Origin: Geosiphon pyriformis uo1
Taxonomy: Eukaryota > Fungi > Glomeromycota
DNA: 64,000 nt
NCBI GenBank assembly: GCA_016748015.1
Contig: JAAOMT010000058.1
Coordinates: forward strand, 62,001 to 126,000
Reading direction: 5' to 3'
How positions within the stretch are numbered: position 1 is the stretch's first letter; every line of letters begins with the position of its first letter. Of the stretch, positions 53,701 through 64,000 are shown piece after piece. The position numbers and the translations under genes are program-made. The notes beneath the pieces are model-generated. The model made no database searches. It was not told the DNA's origin and was given only the letters and a program-made list of their open reading frames with translations.

Positions 53701-56085
53701 AATCTGAAATGCTGCTTGGTGCTTGATCTTTAATTTCTGTGGTTAAATATCTGAGAGTGGTTCCTTCCAGTATCTTTACAATATTTCTAGTGTTGTTGTA
53801 GATGGGAATTTTGATATGGTTATGGCTCTTGGCTGGTATGTGTAGATTGATAAGTCCAATTTCTCCTGATTCACAAAAAATTGCTTCTGCTTCAAAAATC
53901 TGTTCTTGCTCCTTCTCTCTCCTTTCTATTGCTAACATGTATCGGCTATATGGTGGAATAGAAATTGTTTAACTGGTTAAGATAATTTCTCCTTGGCCAA
54001 TAATTTATTCCTTCACCATATTGACTAGTACATCTATTCTACCTGTTGATCCAAATCCCTGTATTCCTCTTGTTGTTATCCCTAATTCTTTCCTATTTCC
54101 TACTGGAACTAACTAAGCTATTTTTACCAGAGACAGGAATATTGTCTGTGCTATCTTTTCATTTGGCTCTATAACATAGACCTTTTCTGAGTCATTTTGC
54201 AGCATAGCAATAATATTTCTTATATATCTTCCATCAATTATTCCTTCTCTGATGTTTATTCCCTTTTTCGCTAAACTACTCCTAGATGCTAATTGAACCA
54301 TTGTTGTTGCTAGAATTTCCAGTGCTATTTTCAGATTGATGTAAGTATGTGAATAGGGTTCAATTTGATGGTGTCCTTTTCTGAATATCTTAGATCAAAT
54401 CCTGCATCAGTATTATGCACATGTTCTGGCATGATACTTTCATCATTATTATTGAACTATTTCAGTTCTTGTTTCTTGATAAGGTCAGAGAGTATGATAT
54501 ATTGTTCATAGTTTGAATCTGAGTTGGAATTTGAGTTGGAATTATTGTTATTGTTATAGCTATTTTGAATGGAGCTGAAACTGTTATTTTTGTTATTGTT
54601 GTTGTCGAAGTTTGAATCAGGGTTGGAACTCGATTCCAATTCTGATGCACAGCTGTTGATTGGTTCTTCTTCTTCGGGGATTGTGTAGATCATGCGTGGT
54701 GGTGAATTGTAGATGAGATCACAATCATCACAGAATTGGAAGTCACATGAAATCAAACAGTGGTTACATAATTGGGTGTTGATTTCTTCCAAGTATTGCT
54801 CTTGTTTTTCTCTTATGGGTGCTAGATTCTGATAGTGTTCATGGAATTCTTCTGGGCTGTTTTCTAAGTCAATAAAGGCATCCGGGTTGAGAACCAAAAC
54901 AATGTCTGTTGGTTCTGGAGGATTATTTTTGATCTCCAAAATTTCACTGGGTGAAGCACCTTCTACTTTGGCATTGGCCATTCGCCAGATCTTGTCTTCG
55001 TCATGTGGATAGCTGTTTAAGCGGAATATAGCTCGGTGCCATGCTGCTGTAATGGGCATACCACAACTCACCCAGTCGCTGATGAGGATTGTGTATTGGC
55101 ACGAAGCATCGCATGTTCCTTCTTGACCAGGAATGTTGTTCCACATTCCTTCATCAAGTAATTGTTTACTACAAGTGAGACATGGTTTGTTGTTCTACTT
55201 GTCTTGTCTTTTTGGGTAGTCATATTGTTCTCTATGGCAAGGCTTGCAATAGTAATGGGTTTGCATCTAGTAGTCTTCGTCTGGCACTACCCAAGCTTCC
55301 ATTGAGGACAGTTTCTTCCCATAGTCCTTGCATTTGAGAGGTATATATGACAGCTCTTTTATTGGTTCATGTAAGTATTTTTTTTCCCAGCCACTAGTTA
55401 TTTCTTCTGTAGTGGTGGTTTCTTCAGATATGTTTTCTTCTCTTTCTTTTCCTTTTTTCTTGTTCTTTTCTTCTCAATCTAGAATTGGTGGCATCTCACT
55501 TTGGTTGTTGTTAGTCCAAGCATTGATGATGGCTTTCCAGATAGGTTCTTCTCTTTGTTTCTCCTTTCCATTGTTGTTGTTGTCTCAGGCAAGTATTGGC
55601 AGCAGTTCATTGTAATTGACGTTGGCTCATAAGACTTGGTATGTTTCCCAAGTGGGTTTCACTTTTTCTTCCTTGAATTCAATAAGTGGTGGTGATGGCA
55701 TGATGATGGACTTGAAGTGGCCACACATGACTGGTACCTGTGTGTGTCAACCATTCTGGCTAAGCTGAAGCTTTTGGGTGTTCTAATCTAAGGTCGCATT
55801 GGTTTTGGACAGCCAGTTGTTCCCAATGAGTGCTTGGTATTGAGTGGCTTCCATGATGAGTACTTTGATTGGTACTATAATGCCATTGACTTCTATGGTG
55901 AAATTATCAATCTTTTTAATGGGTGTTTTGGTCGCTCTATTGGCTGTAATAATCTTGGCATTGGTAGCATGATCAACTTGGCAACCTAATTAATCCATGA
56001 GTTGTTTTGTGATGATACTGCCAGCTGATCCACTATCTAGGATCAGTTTGATGGAATGACTATCAACTTTTGCATCAATGTACAT
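50772..56085 (-). pseudogene. pol of Gypsy C: protease, Cys-rich region, dUTPase, RT, RNase H, integrase
   Basis: ILDSGSAGSII (~56040), DAGFDL/RSSLA/GIIDGRY/GFGSTG (54440-54040), YLDN (~53005), TTDAS (~52565), and NQGTHF/LVERFNRTL/WDEPF. Confidence 0.9.
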
Positions 56086-58430
56086 CATGGTAATGGGTTC
56101 TCCTTAAGTGCTGCTCCACTGAACAAAGGTGAGTTGATGGTTTCCTCCAATTCAAAAGAAAAGATGGCTGCGAAAGATTTGTTTTTGGTAATCGTTGCTA
56201 GTGGAATATTGTTGGTAAGTGTTGTTTGGAGTGGGTTGGATTTCGAGTTGTTGGTGGTGGCATCTTTTGGGGTAACCAGAAGACTTAAATAGTTCTGAGA
56301 ATTTGGGTTTTGAATGGAACCAGTACCCAGATTCCACTGTCGAAAGCCTGGTAATTGGTGAAAGAAGCTGGAGATTGGTTGATGAACAACTATTGCCAAT
56401 CTCCAGTTTTGAGTGATTCTAGATCTTGGGTTTCCTGATGTCATTTGAATGGAGTTTTGGAGTGGTGTTTGAATTGGTTGTTGGGGCTGATAAATTATTT
56501 GGGGCTACAGCTGATAAATTACTGGTGGCTGTGGTTGATAAATTGGAAGTTGATATACTAATGGTTGATAGATTGGTTGCTGTGTTATTGGCAGGTAAGT
56601 GGTTTGATATTGGTCTTGATTTGGGTAATGATTCTGAGTCTGAAATCTGCAATCAGAGTTTTGATATTGATTTCCCAATTGTGAATTGTTGCTATAAAAT
56701 CAACAGTTGGCTCTAATGTGACCTTGTTTACCACAGTTATGGCAAACACATGTTTCTGGCTGCCACAGCTAATTGGGTAACAATGATGATGATAATGTTG
56801 ATGGATGTGGCTGATTTTAGAAATGATTCATGTTTTCTGAATTATTGCATTGTTGTGGTGGTTGATAAATTGCACAATTGTCAGCTAAGTATCCTTCTAG
56901 TTTCTGATTGATTGTATTACTGAATTGTTTTAGTTTAGAATCCAAGTCAGATGATCCATTCATCACTAAATTTACAGCTTGGGCATGGTTGGCTTCTAGC
57001 TCAGCTGCTTCAAAATCTCTGGTGTGGGTGATGGCAGTTGGGAGGTTAACTGGATGCATTGGACGTACTTGCTGAAGAATGCTACTGCACAATCCTCTGA
57101 TGAACTGGTTCAAGATCTGTGGTGCTGTAAAGTAATTAGCTTGGATTGTCTGAATTTGGTGCAGATTTCTATGGAAGCATTCCAAGTAAGTGGTGACTGC
57201 TTTTGTGTCCCCTTGTTTGATGGTGGTGAATGTGTTGGTCAAGTGATTGATACTATTGTTATTACTAAAGTATCTCAAGAATTCTGTTTTAAACTTATTG
57301 AAGGTTTGTGGTTTGGTGGCTAAGCTCTGATACCACAAGTTGGCAGTATCTTTGAGAAAATAGAGGATTGCTTGAAGGGCTTTACTATTATTCCATCTGT
57401 TGGCCACTATGGCTTTTTCAACGTCATTGAGCCATATTTGGGTGTTGTCCTCTTCACTGGTAAAATTGTTAAGTTTTGTGATTGGTGCATAGGCCATTAG
57501 ATCTAAGTTGGGTTGTTGTGGTGGTAAGTGAAATGGTTATTATTGCACAGATTGTTGGGGTGGTAATTGAAGTAGTGGTTGTAAGAGTTCGGCTATTGAA
57601 TTAATCAGTAGTTGATCAATGACAATTACTGGAGGTAAGTTTTGTTGATTTATTAAATTGGGGTTTCGATTATCCTGAGTTGGCGGTGTCTGAATATTCA
57701 GAGTTTTGATTTCTGAATTTTCTGGGTTTAGATTTTGCTGGGTTTGAAAATTTGGGGTTTCAAATTCCAGGTTTTCAGCAATTGGGTTCTGGTAAGTGAA
57801 TTCTTAATCTTCAGCTTCTTCTTCCTCTTCTGATTCCGTTACTTCTTATGGATCAGAAATTCCGAAATCTGGAGGAGGCAGTGGCAATCAGAGTTCTGAT
57901 GACATTGATAATCGTGAGTTAAATCCTTCAAAATATGCACTGTATAGTCCTAATAACTCTGCTTTCTTTTGTTTACTTTGGAATGAGAATTGTTCAAATG
58001 CTGATGTTATGTTTGATGTGGCCATGCTAGTAGATGTAATATTAATGGTGCTTCCAGGTGTATAGTGGTATGATAGATTAGTTGGAGACTCAATTCTTGT
58101 TTTCTTTCAAGTAGGTGGTTGTATTTTTTTGGGTGTTACTGCTGGTGTTTGCAGTTTTTTTTTGCCTTTGCTCACATAAGTAATGAGGTATTTTTGCTGT
58201 GTATGATGTTCAATTTCTTTGTTGATTTCCATGATGATGGAGGCAAAATTGTGATTTGTTGGCAGGTTGGTATTTTGAATTAATTCACTGTAAAAGGCTT
58301 CTCTTGCCGATTCGATATTTACTGGTGTTTCTAACAGATAGGCAATTTTTTTGTTGATATAGAAATTGAAAGTTGATTCTGCTGATATGTGGTTGTGATT
58401 TAATCCCAAATGTTAACAGTAGTGTTAAAA
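56085..58430 (-). pseudogene. gag region of Gypsy C (N-terminal extension, capsid, CCHC knuckle)
   Basis: MAYAPITKLNNF...WLNDVEKAI...NQFIRGL capsid-like segment and CHNCGKQGHIRANC at ~56700-56745. Confidence 0.85.
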
Positions 58431-58524
58431 TAAAGATTTTGCAAATCCTAGATGGTTTGCTCCTATGTTTTCTGATTCTGCCACTTTTAGATTTGTGTTG
58501 GTACTGGCTTTTTGTAGGATTATA

Positions 58525-58541
58525 CCTCATAGAGAGCACCA
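58525..58541 (-). promoter_or_regulatory. Primer-binding site of Gypsy C
   Basis: TGGTGCTCTCTATGAGG lies 2 nt after the 5' LTR and is complementary to a tRNA 3' end (...GAGCACCA). The isoacceptor (Ile- or Met-like) is not resolved. Confidence 0.8.
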
Positions 58542-58543
58542 AA

Positions 58544-59414
58544 TATTACAGGTGGCTATTTCTGGTGTTGGATTAAATAACAAACCTGTAACTTGGTGCT
58601 CAAATCTAGTTGCAATTGATAATGATCTGAAGATTTGTGTTTGAAAAGTTTGTATTCGAAGGTTTTGGTTGAGTTCTTTGTATAATAGACAGAGATTCAA
58701 TGGTAATAGTTTTATCCATAGCTTCCCGAAACTGCAGTTTTGTCAATTTTTTTCTTAGCTTAATGGCCAGTATTCCTCTTGGTAAGCTATCCTCAATCGA
58801 GTGTTTTACCCTTATTTCTGGGTCTTTTACCAGTCACGTTTATTCTGACATCAGTATCCCACATGTTAATTCTCAATAGAATTAGTAAACAACAATAAAA
58901 TCAAAGCAAGAAATAAAGAAAAGAAAAGAAAATAAAGAAAGAAAAAAAATAAGCCAAGGCAATTTGCAAGTTAGTATTCCATTAATAGCCATAATTAAGA
59001 GCTATTGTTCCAGTATGGTTAAGTATCAATTACTATCAACATAAAGTGTTGATAGTGGCAGTGGGTTTGAGATAACAAACAGTTATTTATTTGTGGTTTG
59101 GAAAGTTGTCCAGATGAAATTTAAACTGAGAGGTCTGTCTTTTTAGCTTCTAATCCTACTGCTATATATACATAATTGAGATTTCTCAATTCCTCAATTC
59201 TTTACAACAGGAATTCTGGGATTTTTGGAATCCTGCAATTCCTTTGAGAAAAATCCTGAAATTCTGGAATCCTGCAATTCTTTGTGAAAATCCTGTAATT
59301 CTTAGAATCCTGCAATTCCTGAGAGAAATCCTGGAATTCTACATTTTACTACATCTACTTTTGATTGGTTAATAACTATGCTAATATATATTCCCTATAT
59401 TTCTATGAGTAACA
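58544..59414 (-). repeat. 5' LTR of Gypsy C
   Basis: Homologous to 49522-50431, differing mostly by transitions and by the length of the GGAATTCCT array. Confidence 0.93.
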
Positions 59415-60659
59415 CCAACTTTTTCTAAAAGAGTACCAAGATCATGTGCTGTTGTTCTTACTGGCAAAGTAAACAAAAGTGCCCTAAAGTAATTCCTAAA
59501 CATTCAAATATTCCAATCTCCTATGGCCATAGCCACACACACTGAGTTCTTCCCAATAAGGAATGACCATCTTGATGCCAATTGCTCTGCTTGTTCCAAT
59601 ACGGCAAATTCTATTACAGCCTTCTGTCACATTCCAATTAGCTGAATTTTGATTAACTTAATATTATCAAACTCAGATACTACAGTAACAATCATCTTCT
59701 TTGGCATATTCATGGGAATTTCTTTAATTATCACAGTCCAATCTGAACAAATTTCTTGTTTTTTAAGATCACTGTTTATGATGATCTCCTTCTTTCTGGC
59801 CAATGATGTAGCCTTAATCAAGCTCTTCTTAGAAGTAAATGTTAATCAGATAATCCCTTCAAATTTTGAGGAAGTAGTGGCCTCTCCAAAACCATTAATT
59901 GTTGAAAAAATTTTTCTGATAAGTTGGGTTTTTGCTGTCACTGATTTTTTTTCTACAGCTGAGATATTTAATGTCTAAAGTAAATGATTTTTTAACTAAG
60001 ACCTCCATCTAAGTCTTGACAATTTTGGGATTAACCCACTTTTTATTCAGAGATATTGAGAAACAAGGAAAAAGAGATACTTCTTCATTATTATTTATGT
60101 CAAAGTTGGAAGAACCAAATGGAAAACCAAAAACAGCACCAATATTGACATACTTGGCTTTAAGAGTGTTGGCAGCTAAATTCAGAAGAGATTCAACATT
60201 GATATCAGTTATATTAATACTTTTTTCATTACCAGACAGACTATCCATGTTAGAAAACACATTATTACCAAGCTCAGACTTGTTCAGAGAGATATCTTTT
60301 TTGTTACCAGAGTGTTTAACATTTCCAAGCACAATTTTCTTTTTCTGTAAGAAGGAGCCACCTGCAGGATCATAAAAGGCACCTTTTGGTGTCTTCTTTT
60401 TAGACATGTTACTACTAGAAGTAGCTTCCAAGTTTACAAAAAAAGGATTATTAGAAAGAGAAATTGTGAAATACTAACAAGAAAAAAATTAAAAACTTTT
60501 TCTTCAGAAAAGTGCTTTTTGAGGATTTGTGGATGTAAGAGAAAAAGAAATTTGTTTGTTAATAAGTTAATTAATAAAATTGTAAATTCTATCTGTTTTT
60601 ATTAATTTTAATTAATAAAAAATGTCTTTAATAATATAATAATTTTAAATAATATTAAT

Positions 60660-61480
60660 TTTTTTTTTTTATATTTAATGAATATGGTTCAATTACTATC
60701 TAATATACAAAAACAAATAAGTAAGTTCAGCTAAATATGATTCATATACTTATTACATATGATTGGTTATTTGAATTAATTAAGGCAGTACTATACATTT
60801 ATATAAACTTTTATACTATTATCAACACCTAAAAAAAAACATATTTTATATAAACCAAAACTAACAATAAAAGACTTAAAAATACCAAGTAAATAAACAA
60901 TTCTTACAAAAAAAAAACTTAACACACTATTTGAAATTATAGAAACTAATCCAATATTACTAATTAGACAACTTTTTTTTATGTTTATCTTAAATATTGC
61001 TTTAAATAATTACAACTTATTTTAATACTTTTTAGCCAAATAATGAACAAAATTGATTACTATTAATATTATCTTTTTTTTATTGCCAAAAATAGAAATT
61101 GCTTTATTAATTCAATTTTTAAAAACAAAATCTTTACATAAGACTATATAGATACCAATATCCAAAATTTCAGAAAAAAGTATATATATTACTAAAGATA
61201 ACAATAAAAAGCAACTATTTATTATAGATTTTTACAGATTTATATAATATAACAAGATTTTAGAATGTATATTAGTTTTTTTTGAACAAGTAAAAACATG
61301 ATTAGACAATTCATAATTGTTACATATTAAGCATAATATACTTAGGTAATCTTTGTTATAAAGTTACTTTTATATAGTAGTTGGCAGTCTTCTATAAATT
61401 GTCTTTATTAAATATGTATAAAAAGCAACTAAAGTCTTATTTGTAAACCAATATTTAATATTTTATTAAAATTTATACAA
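60660..61480 (-). mobile_element. Older, strongly AT-eroded LINE 3' fragment, head-to-tail upstream of the full-length LINE
   Basis: 60676-60800 aligns to 43173-43300 (ACTATCTAATATACA...GTTATTTG...CAGTA). Decayed ORF2 C-terminal sequence follows. Confidence 0.78.
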
Positions 61481-62020
61481 TTTAATATGATTATAAATTA
61501 AAAATAAAATATATTAAAAAAAATATTAATACAAATTTAATTTAAAATATAAATTATATAAAAATAATTTTAATAAAATATTTTAATAAACATATTTAAT
61601 TTGAATTTATTAGTTAAAAAATATTTAGTTTTAAGTTTAAAAAAATATTTTTGGTATATTTATAAAGTTAACATGTATTTTACAATTTATTTTAAAACAT
61701 ATTATAATTATATAATTTATATAGCCATAATTAAAGATTTAGTTTTTAAGACTTGAATTAAAAAATCAATATCTTTAAAAAAATGTCAAAATAACACTCT
61801 TATATATTATTAGTTTTATTTATTTTGTCTTAATAAGTTTTAGAACTTGAATTTAAATTATTAAAAATAGTTTTATTATTCCAAATATTACAAATATTTT
61901 GAATTTAAATATTAAATAATTATATTTATTTTTTTGGCTTAGCAAGAAAAAAAAAATTGTTTTTGATTTGTTTTTTAAAGCTAAAAAATGTGTTAATATT
62001 ATAAAAATAGACTTTTTTGT

Positions 62021-62128
62021 GTTGTAGTCTTAATTAGCTTAAGTAATTGATTACATATAACAAATATGTAAATTGTATCTGTTTTAGGTAGTAGTTAAAT
62101 CATACTTTTTATTACATAATAATAAAAA
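62021..62128 (+). repeat. LINE 3'UTR remnant upstream of the SPT3 pseudogene
   Basis: GTCTTAATTAGCTTAAGTAATTGATTACATAT...TAGGTAGTAGTT aligns to 14486-14580. Confidence 0.65.
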
Positions 62129-62483
62129 TCGCAATTTTTATAATAAATAAAGGATAAATAAAATTGTAAAAACTTACAATTATTGCATGTTTTTAATTGT
62201 AATCATTTATAATTTAGTAATAATTGATAAAAGTTTAAGTAAAATAATTTTTTAAAATATTTTCAAAATAAATTTAAATGCATATTATAAAAAATAGTGG
62301 TTTTTTATATTAAATTACTTTAATAAAATTTGTAATAAAAGCTTATTATTTGTATTAAATATTTCTCAGCTAATACAATTTTTGATTTTATCTAAAATAA
62401 AATTGCATTGAATCCTTTCATCCAATGAATCTATCACACAAATCGATGGATATTTTGCATCTCTGGTCGCTGCTTAAAAGAAA

Positions 62484-63550
62484 ATGTTTACAGCTTATTA
62501 ATTACTGAAGTTGGCCTAGAAAAAAGAAAGTCAAAGTATCGATATTCATCCGAAATTCAACAAATGATGTTCGTCTTTGGTGAAGTTTTAGAACCCAACC
62601 CCGTGACGATAATGCTCGTTGAAGATATTGTAAGGCCTCAAGTTGTCGAAATTGTGAGAGACTAATTTCTTTTGTAACAACTTGTAATTTCTCCTAATTA
62701 TGGCGTCAGCTCACATTTTTTATACAATCATATGAGTTCAGAAGATTTGATTAGACAGGACCGGGCAAAAGTAAATCAGTTAGGCACTTCTCTTAGCTAG
62801 AAAGATGTCAGGAAGAACGTGGCCTCGAAGAATAGTGGTGGACAGGATGCTGCAGAAGAAATCCTTGAAGAGCCAATGCAGGTTGATTGCTCCTTATAGA
62901 TTTTCTAAAAAAAGTTTTTCGAATGACATTTCAAGAATGAGTTCAATTTATGACCTTACTGCCAAGATAAATTAGCCAAAGCACGTAAAATGAAAGTCAA
63001 ATTATCTTGGGAGTTGATGAATTCTTTCTCGGAGTTTTTGAACGCGGATTTAGACCAAGAAGATGACGAAGAATTCCAAGCTTACCTTGATCCTATACAG
63101 CGTTTAAAAGTAAGGCAGATTTAGGCTTTTCCGTGAGTGTAACTAAACACTGAACTAATATATCTATAAATTAGGACGCTGATGAAATAACACGCGAGGA
63201 GTACGTGCACTACCCCCAAGCGTCATTTACGTATCGAAAAGCAAAACGTTTCCGAGAATGGGCAAACATGGCTGCATATATTTACATGAAACCAAATGAC
63301 GATATAATCGATATCCTTGGATCTTTGACCTTTGAGATAGTCAGTACTTTGACCGAAATAGCCCTCCGAGTAAAACAGGATTTAGAAATGAAAACAAAAT
63401 ATATCATAAATCCCTCAAACGACCACATATTTTAGTTGATCGGGATGATGAAGACTCAAACACCTTTACAACCTTCATGAAGGATTTCGAAGATTGCAAC
63501 CTTTCAAGAATTTCCGAGGACTGGCACGAACCAAGGTGCCTTTGATCTAG
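62484..63550 (+). pseudogene. SPT3: SAGA subunit SPT3 (TFIID-18kDa family) pseudogene, intron-containing
   Basis: [51 protein letters not shown] and HEGFRRLQ. In-frame TAG at 62798-62800, an apparently lost splice acceptor at ~62727 and several deletions. Confidence 0.85.
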
Positions 63551-64000
63551 ATACTTGAGCGAGGGAGCTTCTTATTTATATCTTTACATAGACAAGCCAT
63601 CCCAATCAAGTTGTTATATCTCATTCAAGTATATAAATTTTATCATATTTTGTACGATCTGAATATCAAACACTTAAAATTAAGAAATCCAATCAAGTTT
63701 CCCGGTTAATCTCTTGGATGAAGATTAAAAGTTAGGAATTTAATATTTCATATGGATTAACAGGAAATTATTAGAATTGACATGGAGTATGACAATAAAT
63801 GTAGCTAAATTAATGATTTATATTTAATTCAGAGAAGTTTATTTAAGGCATTAATAGACTTTTAATGCAGATGAATTGTATCATTTCTTTCGATAACTCT
63901 TCTCATTAACACGGATTAAGGATTTATTCAACCATCAATTTCATGGTTTTTTTAAAACCTGCTATAAAGTTTATAACTTTGTATCTTGTCGAACTGCAAT

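Larger units (their letters stand above)
49522..59414 (-). mobile_element. Complete Ty3/Gypsy element C (~9.9 kb): LTR-PBS-gag-PR-Cys-rich-dUTPase-RT-RH-IN-ORF3-PPT-LTR
   Basis: Paired LTRs, PBS, PPT and all pol motifs. Flanks CTAG/CCAA are consistent with an eroded CCAG TSD, and removing the element restores LINE ORF1 continuity (ancestral ...E-R-A-G-G-K-T-C inferred). Confidence 0.95.
43161..60540 (-). mobile_element. Full-length LINE (ORF1 with CCHC knuckle; ORF2 APE-RT-RNase H-Zn finger), degenerate, with two nested LTR insertions; 5' limit approximate
   Basis: ORF1 60407-59415 plus 49521-~48660 (CEKCEKFGHLALE). APE WKIVTCNVKG/TIDYVF/TDH, RT QNMRKAYD/AFVDD, RNase H ELQAI/KVKGH..GN..VD and CLMC..DH Zn finger. 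Poly(A) at ~43161-43174. Confidence 0.9.

Noticed and set aside
53693-53938. Second, degenerate dUTPase-like fold between dUTPase and RT
   Set aside because: No catalytic motifs are visible and similar beta-rich linkers are common in Gypsy pol. The call cannot be supported without a structure search.

Overview
AT-rich, intron-containing fungal DNA. The gene and transposon content resemble a Glomeromycotina (arbuscular-mycorrhizal or Geosiphon-type) genome, which is an inference. Host genes are an intronless PPR protein (+), an HSV2/ATG18-family WD40 protein (-), a ~3,600-aa helical-repeat protein with a C-terminal GAS2/GAR domain (+), Mis18 (-) and an SPT3 pseudogene (+). Two blocks of nested, C->T-eroded retrotransposons flank them. 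In the left block, a dUTPase-carrying Gypsy (A) sits inside a second Gypsy (B), which sits inside an RNase H LINE that also carries a solo LTR. In the right block, a full-length APE-RT-RNaseH LINE is interrupted by a solo LTR at its RT catalytic motif and by a complete dUTPase/Cys-rich Gypsy (C) in ORF1. The most striking pattern is eight LINE 3'-end copies, all upstream of host genes and all pointing toward the gene, whose variants reconstruct an ancestral GTCACGTG E-box. Convergent intergenic regions show no recognisable transposon sequence. All three Gypsy families also carry an apparently related, uncharacterised ORF in the env position. All alignments and domain calls were made by eye, without database searches.
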